Numbered from the stretch's first letter, positions 21,630 through 31,876 are shown. The stretch is DNA of 64,000 bases from a virus (IMGVR_UViG_3300014202_000529:1-64000); one strand, 5' to 3'. Numbers and translations: made by a program. The notes: generated by a model not told the origin, from the sequence alone.

Positions 21630-22664
21630 TTACTCCTCCGTAAATGATCCTGCGGTAACGACAACTACAGGCTGAGCTGGTGGAATAACCGTTGTGGGTG
21701 GACCATTGAGGTTCATGGGAATGCCGTTAAGGTTCATAGGTCCTGTTGCAAAATGTGATTGCATAGCACCCTGACTCTTTACTGCAGTGGTTGCATTGAG
21801 TATAATTTCATCCCCAGCTTCAATGTTTACACTACCACCAGCTTTAAGATTCAGATCTCCACCAGTAGTAATGTTCAAGTCCCCCTTGATATACACATTC
21901 TTGTCAGATAAAATGATTTCATATGCACTACCATGTATTCTTGTTACCTTCGTTCCGTCTGGGTGAACTTCTTCAAACGTTCCTGATCTGTGGTAGATGT
22001 GAACTCGTTCCGCTCCTGGGGTATCATCAAATTCCAATATATGCCCCGATTCGGTTTCCATGACCCTGTTGTATGGGTAGGTTGCGTTATATGGTGTTGA
22101 TGGTTCACTCCATGTGCCCCCACCAGACTTTGGAACACCACTTGTTACACTGGTTTTCTTAAGCTGTATTGGGGTATTGGTGATTTTCTCGTTGCGAGCC
22201 AATCGAGACAATGTTGACTCGTTTAGTCTCTTGGGGTTTCGTTTCCCGCTGCCACTCTGTATGCTTGCACCACCGCTACTTACAGTTACGGATTCTGGAC
22301 TTTTTGGTGCCTGAGATAGCTGGGCACCACTGCGAGGATCGGAAAATCCTTCCGACGAACCAATACGCTCTTTAGGGATACCTGGTATAGTCCCCATGAT
22401 AACAGGGACTTGACCGTCTTGACCATCAAAGTAAAACCCAACAACATAATCCCCTTCTTTGAGCTGTGGGGATGCAGTATCGTTGAGCGCCAACATTGGT
22501 TGTGCCCAGGGTAATTCGTTTGTTGGTAAATCGGATTTGTTTGGTGTATGAGCGCCAACAATACGTACCCTGCAGCGTCCTGCTTTTTTGGGGTCCTGTC
22601 GATCTTCAACAACCCCAACCCACCACACAAACTGTGCTCCGATATTTGGAAATGATTGATTCAT
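21630..22664 (-). CDS. gp5: baseplate hub/spike gp5 (no lysozyme domain evident)
   Basis: WWVGVVEDRQDP..GRCRVRI OB-fold; YPYNRV.ETESGH..EFDDTPGAER; beta-helix tail. Confidence 0.9.
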   Translation of the reverse strand: MNQSFPNIGAQFVWWVGVVEDRQDPKKAGRCRVRIVGAHTPNKSDLPTNELPWAQPMLALNDTASPQLKEGDYVVGFYFDGQDGQVPVIMGTIPGIPKERIGSSEGFSDPRSGAQLSQAPKSPESVTVSSGGASIQSGSGKRNPKRLNESTLSRLARNEKITNTPIQLKKTSVTSGVPKSGGGTWSEPSTPYNATYPYNRVMETESGHILEFDDTPGAERVHIYHRSGTFEEVHPDGTKVTRIHGSAYEIILSDKNVYIKGDLNITTGGDLNLKAGGSVNIEAGDEIILNATTAVKSQGAMQSHFATGPMNLNGIPMNLNGPPTTVIPPAQPVVVVTAGSFTEE

Positions 22665-23971
22665 TACAACTCTCTCACTCTATTGATTACTTGGTTTGTA
22701 CCTAGTGCATTGGGCATAGGAATTTTAACCGAATCCTTACTCAACTCAAGGGTACAGGTATACTTAGTTCTGTCAATTTTATGGTTGATAGCAGTGATGA
22801 TGTAATTACCACTGAATATATCATCCATAGGCTTCTCTTGATCGGTGGCGACTGCTCCAGAGGGAAGATTGAGTGTTACTACCTGTCCTGCTCGCAAGTA
22901 GATATTTCCAGGAACTTCAACCTTAATTTGAAAATTATGTAACCCAGACAAATACGCATTTCGCTGTAGCATCCAGGTATCAGGTTTTAGGTAACTAGAC
23001 GATACGCGGAAAAAAGAATCAAACTTTTCAGTAACCGGTTTCTTCGTTCTGTCTGGGCTAAGTTGAATGTAGTTGTATGGGTTAACATGTTTCGTCTGTG
23101 CGAACAATGCTGCAGAGTTTACAGAACTCACAGAGATTTTTTGTGAGAGCAGGTCAACCATCGTTAGCTTACCAGAGTATGCACCAGAACCGAGGGACCG
23201 AATCATATCTGGGCTACGAAGTAATTCATAATTATAACCACTCTCATATCTGAGCTGTGTGTCAGACTTATCATTTTTCTCCCCATAAAAATTCATGGGA
23301 CCAAAATTGATAGACTGTAGAGGCTCCTGCTGCGAAAGCAATTCAATAGAAGAAAAGTGGTAGCTTTCGGAGTCCTCGAAAAACACAAATGAACAACCAG
23401 GAGCCTGAGCAGTTCTCGCCATTCTACACAACCAATTGATTGCATAGAACGGAGTCCAATATGGAATAACTACATCAAAATTCCCCTGCGTGTCTGTAAT
23501 TGCAGTAGAAGGAAACTTTTTAGGGTCAACCTTTAAAAATGAGGTACAAATGTCCTTAACGATGGCAGAAACGGTTTGTCCTTTGTAAGATTTTGAAATT
23601 TTTTGGGATTCACTGAGAATTGCTTCTTCGGAGCAAAAATGCAAGATGTAATCTTCAGATCCACTAGAGGAACGTCTTCTGTTGGTAATATCATAGACGC
23701 GAAACGTTTTATCGAGTTTCCAAGGGCTAGTTGGTTTTGTGATAGTGACGGACAAGAACTCCATTCCTATGATAGGAAGAAGGTTGATTAGATTTTGGGT
23801 GTCATTGACCAATATGGACCCACTCATAGTGTTTCCGAACAGATCCTCGAAAAGATTTAGCTCGTAAACAATTTCTCGAATATCGACTGGTAACCCAGAG
23901 GTTCCAACCAATACTAACCGGTCAAGGTTAAAATCTGTTGCTCTATTGATTCCGTCCACTGGTGTTGGCAT
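22664..23971 (-). CDS. baseplate hub protein (gp27-like)
   Basis: 435 aa between gp53 and gp5; C-terminal VPGN..LRAG..SGNYIITAINH hub signature. Confidence 0.6.
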   Translation of the reverse strand: MPTPVDGINRATDFNLDRLVLVGTSGLPVDIREIVYELNLFEDLFGNTMSGSILVNDTQNLINLLPIIGMEFLSVTITKPTSPWKLDKTFRVYDITNRRRSSSGSEDYILHFCSEEAILSESQKISKSYKGQTVSAIVKDICTSFLKVDPKKFPSTAITDTQGNFDVVIPYWTPFYAINWLCRMARTAQAPGCSFVFFEDSESYHFSSIELLSQQEPLQSINFGPMNFYGEKNDKSDTQLRYESGYNYELLRSPDMIRSLGSGAYSGKLTMVDLLSQKISVSSVNSAALFAQTKHVNPYNYIQLSPDRTKKPVTEKFDSFFRVSSSYLKPDTWMLQRNAYLSGLHNFQIKVEVPGNIYLRAGQVVTLNLPSGAVATDQEKPMDDIFSGNYIITAINHKIDRTKYTCTLELSKDSVKIPMPNALGTNQVINRVREL

Positions 23972-23973
23972 AG

Positions 23974-24597
23974 TTAAATTGCTAAGATTCTCTCAAGCTC
24001 ACCGACAACTTGAGGAACATAGTCCGCCTTTAGTAATTGAATGTTTCTCTTGCTTTCGTTGTGATCTATCTCATATGTATATGAGTCAACGGATGAGCGG
24101 GTTGTGGTGACGGTTACGGTCCTTCCACCAGAAAACGTATACACTTCAGGTACCAAATCGGTGAGAGAGTCATACTTTTCCTCATCAATGATGGTGGTCT
24201 CTGAACTAGTATAGCCAAGTGAATCAACCTTTGTAATGGTCATGGTATAGTGATGGATTTCCGCTTGTGCTGCAGCCAAAGAACCATACCTCTCATTGAT
24301 AAATGCAACTAAATCGCTGTACTTCTTTGGCCAATCAAGTAGAGGATCTAGAATGTTGTTCACCAGGGTTACGATCCAATGGTAATTTGGTGACCCATAG
24401 TACGCATCTGCTACAATTTCTGGGGTGTCACCATCCAAGATATTGTACTCATGGAATAGTTCTTTATTCTTGATTATATTTTTTACCACTGCAGCCCGAT
24501 GGAAAATGTCGGTTGCATACTCAACTTCACCAGGGGAAACCCTTGGATTCAATGAATAACCAAACAGTGGAAAATTGGTAAAATATTCTGCTGGCAT
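23974..24597 (-). CDS. gp53: baseplate wedge subunit gp53
   Basis: YFTNFP, GDTPEIVA..YYG...HWIV, WP and YE...NESKRNI motifs. Confidence 0.88.
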   Translation of the reverse strand: MPAEYFTNFPLFGYSLNPRVSPGEVEYATDIFHRAAVVKNIIKNKELFHEYNILDGDTPEIVADAYYGSPNYHWIVTLVNNILDPLLDWPKKYSDLVAFINERYGSLAAAQAEIHHYTMTITKVDSLGYTSSETTIIDEEKYDSLTDLVPEVYTFSGGRTVTVTTTRSSVDSYTYEIDHNESKRNIQLLKADYVPQVVGELERILAI

Positions 24598-25664
24598 TAG
24601 TAACCCTCTTCTTGTATGAGGTCTTTTGTGATGAACTCAAGTTCCTTAAACTGCAGAGTCAAGCGAGTCTGAACTGGTGTACCATCTGGATAAAATGCAG
24701 TTCCCACTGGTCCGTAGTCAACTGTTACGTTCTCTAGGACACAGGTGGATATCTTTCCCATTGAGTTTACTGAGAATTGAATATCAAAATCTGATGGGGG
24801 AACAAAGTAGCGACCGAATGTCCCACCGCTACTCAAGATTTCAGGTGCGGAGTGAAATTTAAATGCCTTGATAATCTCTTGAACCGTTCGTCCTTCTGCT
24901 GCTGTCCTAGGAGCAAAGACAAATTCAAAGTTAAATCGTCTCAATTCTGGGGTTTCGTAGATAACATCGATCTGTGGGTTGATAGCTAGACCTACTGCGG
25001 ACAATCCAAGTCCAACATCCCCCAAGACGGTACCTAGAGCAAATTCACCAGCTAAACCCCTCTTTTCATTTGTGACGAGGTTAGCTAATGCACCTTCTAC
25101 CCCACCCTTCATAACAGAGTCGATCAGTGATGCACCGCCACCCAATAACCCTGCTGCCTTACCCAATGGGTGACCGGATAAGCTTGCATCGCGGAAATGG
25201 TTTTGGTACGACCATGATAGGGTGTCCGGCATATAGAGTCTGATTGCAGTTTTGGTCCTGGATGTTTTTCTACCGAATCCAATGTTGCTACCCTTAAAAT
25301 TCTTTTGTAGTCCGGGTCTACCCTGCTGATGAATTGCGACTGTAGATGAAATGGGTTGGTTGCGACCATTGACCGCTATGATGGTTTTTCCTTGACTATC
25401 TCTCCTAAACTTAGATAAGTCCTGGATATTAATAAAGAAAGTGATGTAATACGGATGTCTGGTACCTTCACCTAGAACCGATGGGTACGTTAGATAGTTG
25501 TATTTGTAGTCTTTTTGTGATTTTCTCTTGAGTGCACCTTGTTCCGGTGTGTCAGGAGTAATAGTTTCCTGAATAGATCCAATGAGTTTATTTGTTTGTC
25601 TTGCGGTTGAATCTACTGCACCACCAACAATTCCACCAATAGAACCAGTTTCTTCGTCAGCCAT
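24597..25664 (-). CDS. gp48: baseplate tail tube cap gp48
   Basis: IRLYMP, NP....YETPELRRFNFEF.F.PR and LTLQFKELE motifs. Confidence 0.82.
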   Translation of the reverse strand: MADEETGSIGGIVGGAVDSTARQTNKLIGSIQETITPDTPEQGALKRKSQKDYKYNYLTYPSVLGEGTRHPYYITFFINIQDLSKFRRDSQGKTIIAVNGRNQPISSTVAIHQQGRPGLQKNFKGSNIGFGRKTSRTKTAIRLYMPDTLSWSYQNHFRDASLSGHPLGKAAGLLGGGASLIDSVMKGGVEGALANLVTNEKRGLAGEFALGTVLGDVGLGLSAVGLAINPQIDVIYETPELRRFNFEFVFAPRTAAEGRTVQEIIKAFKFHSAPEILSSGGTFGRYFVPPSDFDIQFSVNSMGKISTCVLENVTVDYGPVGTAFYPDGTPVQTRLTLQFKELEFITKDLIQEEGY

Positions 25665-25690
25665 AAATACCTCCGATAGCTATATTTATG
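25662..25690. promoter_or_regulatory. pair of opposed late promoters (CATAAATA + at 25662, - at 25690)
   Basis: Both sit in the short gap where transcription diverges between gp48 and gp4. Confidence 0.6.
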
Positions 25691-25707
25691 ATACATTTTG
25701 GAGAGTT

Positions 25708-26151
25708 ATGGCAAGAGAATACCATCAGGGAAAGTTCACTCCCAGACATCCAGAGAAGTATGCAGGGGATGTCAAGAATATCGTATACAGGTCCGGGTGG
25801 GAATTGCAGCTCATGACTCGTTTGGACATCACTCCATCTGTTGTTCTGTGGAATAGTGAAGGTCTATCAATCCCCTATATCTCACCTGTTGATGGAAAAC
25901 GACACCGCTACTTCCCAGACTTACTGATAAAGGTTAAAGATAAAGATGGGTCCCATAAGATATACCTGATAGAAATAAAACCGTATGCACAGACCCAATT
26001 GAGGACACCCAAAAAACAAACTAGAAAGTTTTTGAATGAGGTAGTGACATTTGCGACGAATAAAGCAAAATGGCATGCTGCAGAGGAATTTTGTAAGGAC
26101 CAGGGTTGGACATTTCGGGTTGTTACTGAGAAAGATCATTCATTTATCTAA
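25708..26151 (+). CDS. gp4: head completion nuclease gp4
   Basis: GKFTP.HPEKY.GD..I.YRSGWE, HRYFPD, EIKP and N.AKW.AA motifs; ATG at 25708. Confidence 0.9.
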   Translation: MAREYHQGKFTPRHPEKYAGDVKNIVYRSGWELQLMTRLDITPSVVLWNSEGLSIPYISPVDGKRHRYFPDLLIKVKDKDGSHKIYLIEIKPYAQTQLRTPKKQTRKFLNEVVTFATNKAKWHAAEEFCKDQGWTFRVVTEKDHSFI

Positions 26152-26162
26152 TAAATAGAACT

Positions 26163-26759
26163 ATGGCAACAATTATCGATAAGGTTCAAAAACAACTTGA
26201 TGAGAAGAACTTCGCTGCTGGTGGGCGAAACGCAAAGAATTGGCTATTGACCAAGATCAAGACCCTGAATGCAAGGGGTAATGACCGACTCAAAATCATC
26301 AGCGAAGGTAAGCAGAAAAATAAAGCAATCGTTGGTAGGTTCTACTTCTTTTTCTATGATGCCAAGCTGAAAGATGAATTGCCCTACTGGGATAAGTTTC
26401 CATTGGTCATCCCGATACAGCAATATAGCGATGGGTTTTTGGGTCTCAATTTACATTACATCACTCCAAGAGACCGTTTGATTTTGTTGACCCAGCTTAA
26501 GAGGTTTCAGACTGGTGCGCTAGGGGACGAAAAGACAAGACTAAAACTCTCGTACCCCATACTCAAAGCAACACACAATGCGTATCGCGCAACCCCATGC
26601 ATCAAGCGTTATCTTGTTGGGCACATACGCTCAAGGGTTGTGGAAATAGCACCCGAAGAGTGGCAAATAGCTGCAGCACTTCCGCTGCAACAGTTTAAGA
26701 GCAACACCCAAAGCGTTTCTTCACAGAAGGTCTGGAAAGAATCAGAGGAAAAATTCTAA
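26163..26759 (+). CDS. gp2: DNA end protector gp2
   Basis: YDAK.K..LPYWDKFPL, GFLGLNLHY and CIKRYL..H motifs. Confidence 0.9.
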   Translation: MATIIDKVQKQLDEKNFAAGGRNAKNWLLTKIKTLNARGNDRLKIISEGKQKNKAIVGRFYFFFYDAKLKDELPYWDKFPLVIPIQQYSDGFLGLNLHYITPRDRLILLTQLKRFQTGALGDEKTRLKLSYPILKATHNAYRATPCIKRYLVGHIRSRVVEIAPEEWQIAAALPLQQFKSNTQSVSSQKVWKESEEKF

Positions 26760-26760
26760 C

Positions 26761-27429
26761 ATGGCTGGGTTATATCACGAATTCCTTGCACACATCAGAA
26801 GTACCGGGGTTTCTAAGACATCACATTTTCAAGCGATGATCCCTGTCATCCTCACGGCTCCCGGTTCTGCTGCCCAGACAGGTCAAACTTTGTCGCTTAG
26901 GTGCGAATCAACAGAATTACCAGGAAGACAACTTGTCACGCAAGACAATAGAATCTATGGTCCGATCTATAAGACACCATATCAATCGTCATACCAGGAG
27001 ATAACATTAAATTTCCTCGAAACCCAAGACATGTTTATTCGTAAGTATTTTGAATTGTGGTTGGATCTGATCTACACATCAGCATCCAATCGTCTTGCGT
27101 ATCCAAATTCATATCGTGCGGATATTTTGATTACACAGTTTGACATATCACCACAGCAAGCTCCGATAACAGAAGATCAACCACTAAGCAACCAAGCACC
27201 AACAAGACCATTACTGAGCACACTTGCACCGTTGTTAACGTGGAATTTGATTTCATGTTTCCCAACGGCAGTGAATCAAATGCCGGTAAGCTGGACAGAA
27301 GATGGGTTTCATCGCGTACCGGTGACTATGGCATACGAATACTACATTCTCACAGAACCAACTCAACCAAAGAAACAAATAAAATCAGAGGGGTCCACAA
27401 CAAAGAGAAAAACAGGTTCCGCAAAATAA
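26761..27429 (+). CDS. gp54: baseplate tail tube initiator (gp54/gp19 fold)
   Basis: LRCES.ELPGR and FPTAV motifs; synteny. Confidence 0.7.
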   Translation: MAGLYHEFLAHIRSTGVSKTSHFQAMIPVILTAPGSAAQTGQTLSLRCESTELPGRQLVTQDNRIYGPIYKTPYQSSYQEITLNFLETQDMFIRKYFELWLDLIYTSASNRLAYPNSYRADILITQFDISPQQAPITEDQPLSNQAPTRPLLSTLAPLLTWNLISCFPTAVNQMPVSWTEDGFHRVPVTMAYEYYILTEPTQPKKQIKSEGSTTKRKTGSAK

Positions 27430-27447
27430 CAATGAAAGGTGAATATT

Positions 27448-28191
27448 ATGGCTTTACCCAAATTAACTATACCTCTGTATGAGGTTGTGTGTCCATCAGG
27501 ACAAAAAGTGTCGTTTCGTCCGTTTTTGGTGAAAGAAGAAAAACTCTTGTTGATTGCGCTAGAGTCAAAGGACACCAATACGATTTTCAAGACTGTGTTG
27601 CAGATTCTAGAAAACTGTGTGGGGGAAGTGTCTGGTATCAAGGTTGAGAAGTTGCCGTTATTCGATATTGAATTTTTATTTTTGAATCTACGAGCAAGGA
27701 GCATCGGGGAAATTCAGAAGCTCCGTTATGAGTGCAAAGCAATGGTTGCCAATGTGGAAACTGGCATCGAAACCTCTTGTGGTGCGATATCAGATTACCA
27801 CATCGATCTTCTACAGATAAAACCAGAGTTCGGTGCTGGGCATAATAAATACATTGAATTGACTGATACGGTTGGAATCACATTGAAGTACCCAACCTTT
27901 AAGTCTTTCCAAAAGGTTGCCAGAAAGAACCTTCCACCTGATGAAGCGTTCGCGTTTTTGTTGGAATGCATTGAATCAATCAATGATGCCGACACCGTAA
28001 CACTTGCATCGGATGTGCCAGCAAAGGAACTAGAAAGCTTTATCGACATGCTCACACATGAGCAGATCATTCGGATGGATAAGTTTTTTGATACGATGCC
28101 AAAGATCAAAACAACTGTCAAGTTCGACTGCCCAAAATGTGGTACAAAGGAAGACATAGAAATATCTGGACTTGACAATTTTTTCGTCTAA
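27448..28191 (+). CDS. gp26: baseplate hub assembly protein gp26
   Basis: MALPKL, FRPFLVKEEK.LL, FDIEFLFL.LRARSIGE, FF.TMPK, CPKC and GL.NFF motifs. Confidence 0.88.
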   Translation: MALPKLTIPLYEVVCPSGQKVSFRPFLVKEEKLLLIALESKDTNTIFKTVLQILENCVGEVSGIKVEKLPLFDIEFLFLNLRARSIGEIQKLRYECKAMVANVETGIETSCGAISDYHIDLLQIKPEFGAGHNKYIELTDTVGITLKYPTFKSFQKVARKNLPPDEAFAFLLECIESINDADTVTLASDVPAKELESFIDMLTHEQIIRMDKFFDTMPKIKTTVKFDCPKCGTKEDIEISGLDNFFV

Positions 28192-28382
28192 GCCTACAGC
28201 ATGATACACTCCAGAACTATTATGTGACAACCTTTGCCCTAGTTCAGGATCATAAGTTTACCGTAACCGAATTGGAATCCCTAATGCCTTGGGAACGACT
28301 CGTATACATAGCCCTTGTCCAGCAAAAAGTTGAGAAGGAAAACGCAAGGATACAACAGATCAATGCGCTGAGGAAGAAGTAA
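28179..28382 (+). CDS. gp51: baseplate hub assembly catalyst gp51, no canonical start (probable -1 frameshift extension of gp26)
   Basis: Frame open 28176-28382: FFRLSLQHDTLQNYYVTTFALVQDHKFTVTELESLMPWERLVYIALVQQKVEKENARIQQINALRKK*. PWER..Y motif. Confidence 0.75.
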   Translation, partial: FFRLSLQHDTLQNYYVTTFALVQDHKFTVTELESLMPWERLVYIALVQQKVEKENARIQQINALRKK

Positions 28383-30209
28383 ATGGAAATCCAACCAAAA
28401 ATAGAGTTAGGCAAGAAAACGAAAAAAGATATTTTAGATGCTCTAAGCAAGATCAAATCTGAAATATCTGAAGCAAAGAAAAGACAGAAAACTGCAGCGG
28501 ATGTTGCAGCCGATATTCTTGCGTCTGGTGGTGGTCCATTTGCTGCAGCAAAGGAAGCTCTCTCGTTTAAATTAGACAAAACAAAGAGAAAACTTACAGA
28601 CCGACTTGATCCACTCAATATTATCAATAGAGCAACAGGGTCAAAACTTGCTACAGCGATTGCCGGCAGAGCAATGGGTAGATCTGAAATGTCCATCCGC
28701 AAAGCGGCAGGATTGCAGCAACGGGAAACACAGGTTCCTGAAGTGGAAGAATCGGTGAAGGAAAAGAAGGAAGAAAGCAAGCTTCCTGCTATAGCGGAGA
28801 GGGTTGAGGAAGACAGGAAGGAAGAAAGCAAGGTAACGCGCATTGAAAATGGAAAAATGATTACCTCGCTAGAATTCATCTCAAGGACTCTTGCTGTTGT
28901 CGCCAGAAAGGTTTCTGATATCTCAGATAAGCTTGGTGCGACCAAGAAATTCAAGGTTGAAGAGGGAACGAGAATTAGGGAAATGGTATCGGGAAGGTTT
29001 GCCACAAAAGAAATGGTGGAAACTGAAAAGATGCAGACCGACTTCCTCAAAAACATCTGGAATGAATTGCAAAAAGAAAACATCCTAACTAGTAAATTTA
29101 GGGATGAGCAGAGAGATCGAGCACATACTGAAAAGTATAAAGCAGGATTTGAGAAGAGAAAAGCTGCCATTGTAAAGGATACAAAACCAGAAGAAGAGAG
29201 TGGATTTGGAAAATTGCTTTCCAATCTATCTTCATTTCTCATACCTGCATTCTTGCCCATGGCGGCAGCGATTGCTGCAGTGGTGGCTGCATTTGGACTC
29301 CTCACAGTATCGGCAAAAATGGTATACGACAAGTGGGATGATTTTAAACTTTCATTCTCACTCCTGAAAGATTCTCTTGTTGATTTTGGAGATACTATTG
29401 TCGCAACAGTCACCAAAATCAAGGAATGGTTGGGTGAAGTGTTTACGGCGGGTGGTGATTTGATCATCGATGCCGGTAGGTCTGTGGTCAAGGGGGTCAA
29501 GGGTCTTTTGGGGTTCAAACAAACACCAGAAGAAGAGAAAGCAGAACTCGAAAAGGAAGCTGCTGCTGGTAGTGGGTATGCACAACGTAAGCTTGCTAAG
29601 AACGTTGCAGCTCCAGAAAAAGTAGAAATCGTTGCAAATAGAGTTACAGAAAAAACTGCAACAGATCTTAGTACAGTTCCCCAGACTGCAGTAACAACAG
29701 AAACGATTGATGATGGTTCATTGAGACAAAAGGCATTGGATTCCCTTATGGGGGTTCAAGCTCCAACGGGTACCCCAGAGGATAGGGCAGCGGTTGGGAA
29801 GGTTACCAGAGCAGTAACAGAGACATATGGACAGCTCTACAAAGATGATAAGGGAAATCCCCTCAGACCATCCCAAGATCCAGAACGGGAAAGTCGCTTA
29901 CCTGGGGTTGTAGACTCGACATTGAAGTCTCTTTCTAAGAGCTTAACACAAACGCAAATGGTACCAGAACTACCCAAGGTGTCAGAAGTTGCTCCACCAG
30001 CACCACGAACGGGGGAAATGTTAACCAATGCGGCAGATATGAAAGCTGATGCAGCTATGCAACCAGTTTCCCAGCAAATAACCCCTGTTATCAACAACAT
30101 ACGAAATAGTAGTGTCAATAACAACACACTTCACCAAGCACTACCCAATGCGCGAAGTTCCGAGTCAACATTCATGAGGGTCAGTACACGAGACTTCGCT
30201 ACCTCATAA
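28383..30209 (+). CDS. probable tape measure protein (gp29-like)
   Basis: 608 aa, helical, with a central hydrophobic segment and a PVINN..NNNT C-terminus; follows gp26/gp51. Confidence 0.6.
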   Translation: MEIQPKIELGKKTKKDILDALSKIKSEISEAKKRQKTAADVAADILASGGGPFAAAKEALSFKLDKTKRKLTDRLDPLNIINRATGSKLATAIAGRAMGRSEMSIRKAAGLQQRETQVPEVEESVKEKKEESKLPAIAERVEEDRKEESKVTRIENGKMITSLEFISRTLAVVARKVSDISDKLGATKKFKVEEGTRIREMVSGRFATKEMVETEKMQTDFLKNIWNELQKENILTSKFRDEQRDRAHTEKYKAGFEKRKAAIVKDTKPEEESGFGKLLSNLSSFLIPAFLPMAAAIAAVVAAFGLLTVSAKMVYDKWDDFKLSFSLLKDSLVDFGDTIVATVTKIKEWLGEVFTAGGDLIIDAGRSVVKGVKGLLGFKQTPEEEKAELEKEAAAGSGYAQRKLAKNVAAPEKVEIVANRVTEKTATDLSTVPQTAVTTETIDDGSLRQKALDSLMGVQAPTGTPEDRAAVGKVTRAVTETYGQLYKDDKGNPLRPSQDPERESRLPGVVDSTLKSLSKSLTQTQMVPELPKVSEVAPPAPRTGEMLTNAADMKADAAMQPVSQQITPVINNIRNSSVNNNTLHQALPNARSSESTFMRVSTRDFATS

Positions 30210-30276
30210 CACCCCCACAGTCTTCCACATTCGTCTTATACGGGGACTTTAGATGATTCCCACCCCAAGATACACA

Positions 30277-30310
30277 AATGCCCGGTCATCCCCTAGAGGA
30301 GCCGGGCATT
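30277..30310. terminator. hairpin between convergent transcription units
   Basis: AATGCCCGG...CCGGGCATT inverted repeat; no strong U-tract. Confidence 0.55.
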
Positions 30311-30326
30311 CGCATAAACCCTACAA

Positions 30327-31214
30327 TTAGCTATTAGCTAATGTCTTGAAGAGGTTCAAATCAGGATCATCGTCATCTGAGACTGTAGCAGGATGTGACA
30401 CCGATTCCTTTGGTGCATCATCTGGGTATTCTGGCAACGAGTCTGCTACCGCTTCCGCTGTTGCTGCTTGAGGGGAAGTTCCTAGAACCTTTGCGCGGCG
30501 GGCTGCGAGTTGGTCATAGGTCTTGAATGATTTCTTATCCAAGAACTCTTGCAATGACACTTCCTGCTTCCACAACGCTTCCATCTTTTCATCAGAATCC
30601 GCAACCGGACCCTGTGCAGTGAATTCACTCTTGTCATAGTTACGGTAATCATCGACCTTACGAATCTTCAACTTGAAGTTCGCACCTTCCCACAAATCAA
30701 ATGGGCTAAATGCTTGTTCATCTGGAAACTCTGGATGCATCTTCTCATACACCTTATCGAAAATCTTTTTCCCGAATTTAAACAACTTCACCTTACCATC
30801 GTTTTCTGGTTTTGCTGGATCTGACACCACAAGAATGTTTGCGATATAGTGAAGCTTTCTCTTCCTGATACGAACAATCGCTTGGTTCGCTTCGATGCCA
30901 GAATTCCAGAGAACGTTGTTTCCTTCGCACACTGGACACTTCTCTTCAATTGTGGTTGGGCAGTTATTGATAAACCATCCCCCAGGACCTTGAAAACCAT
31001 GTGAGAACATGCGAACCCAAGGTAACCCATTTTCACCATCCTGTGGGGGAGCGGGAAGAAAGCGGATGATAGCATGACCATTACCAGCCTTATCGACTGT
31101 TGGTTCCCAGAACCTATCGTCCTGCTGATTGCTATGGGAAAGTTTTTGGATTTGTTCGGTGAGCCTTTCTACTGAACCGCGAGAACGCTTGAGGGAACTA
31201 AAATTATACGACAT
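30327..31214 (-). CDS. gp32: single-stranded DNA-binding protein gp32
   Basis: DDRFW..DKAGNG.AIIRFLP, HGFQGPGGW, CPVC, GANFKLKIR..Y.NYDKSEF motifs; acidic tail. Confidence 0.96.
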   Translation of the reverse strand: MSYNFSSLKRSRGSVERLTEQIQKLSHSNQQDDRFWEPTVDKAGNGHAIIRFLPAPPQDGENGLPWVRMFSHGFQGPGGWFINNCPTTIEEKCPVCEGNNVLWNSGIEANQAIVRIRKRKLHYIANILVVSDPAKPENDGKVKLFKFGKKIFDKVYEKMHPEFPDEQAFSPFDLWEGANFKLKIRKVDDYRNYDKSEFTAQGPVADSDEKMEALWKQEVSLQEFLDKKSFKTYDQLAARRAKVLGTSPQAATAEAVADSLPEYPDDAPKESVSHPATVSDDDDPDLNLFKTLANS

Positions 31215-31267
31215 ATGACCTCCAATATTATTAGTATGAATTTATCCACGAACACATGATATGAACG

Positions 31268-31275
31268 TATTTATA
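31268..31275 (-). promoter_or_regulatory. T4-type late promoter TATAAATA
   Basis: Exact consensus upstream of gp32. Confidence 0.7.
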
Positions 31276-31875
31276 TCAGCACAGATACTCTTTAACACGG
31301 TGGGATAGGGATTTTTTATCCACACTCATGAATGGCAGGTATCGCTGCATTCGCATTTTCCATTTGGGGAAAATGATGGTGTCATGGATTTGTTTTGACC
31401 ACAATTCCAGACATCCAGTCAACGCATCTATCGCTATCAAAGTTTCAACATTAATCTCATACCGCATCACATGTCGAAAGAGCGGTGGATACCCATCCTC
31501 TTCTTCAATCTGTAAAGATCGTTTGAGATCGTCTAGGGTCTTGATACCAACCTTCTCTAGATCTTCAATAGTGACATATTCTAGAGCTTCCTTTTTCTTT
31601 CTTCGCTGCAAATACGCTTCATGCATGGCATCACCATTCAACTCCCCAACCCATGTTTTAGGGTGACTTAAGAATACCGCTGCGATGAAGAATTCTAACT
31701 CGTCCGCTGTTGAAAACTTCCGAGAAAGCTTCTGAAAAGAATACTTGTCTCTTCTTTTTTCGAACGTCTCTAACTTACACTTATACGTCTTTTTGTATCT
31801 AAAGTAATCATACGCCTCATTGGTAAAATGAAGTTTGATACCCTGATACATTAAGAATGCATCATATCCTGTCAT
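31276..31875 (-). CDS. gp59: helicase loader gp59
   Basis: Y.GIKLHFT..YDYFRY and F..RRDKY.F.KL motifs; adjacent to gp32. Confidence 0.9.
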   Translation of the reverse strand: MTGYDAFLMYQGIKLHFTNEAYDYFRYKKTYKCKLETFEKRRDKYSFQKLSRKFSTADELEFFIAAVFLSHPKTWVGELNGDAMHEAYLQRRKKKEALEYVTIEDLEKVGIKTLDDLKRSLQIEEEDGYPPLFRHVMRYEINVETLIAIDALTGCLELWSKQIHDTIIFPKWKMRMQRYLPFMSVDKKSLSHRVKEYLC

Positions 31876-31876
31876 A

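Noticed and set aside
25708-26151. TnsA-like transposase
   Set aside because: Motifs and position next to gp2 identify it as head completion gp4; no transposon ends.
28250-29518. 422-aa minus-strand ORF and many other antisense ORFs (e.g. 6828..7334, 35882..36574)
   Set aside because: They shadow well-supported genes on the opposite strand and have no recognisable motifs.
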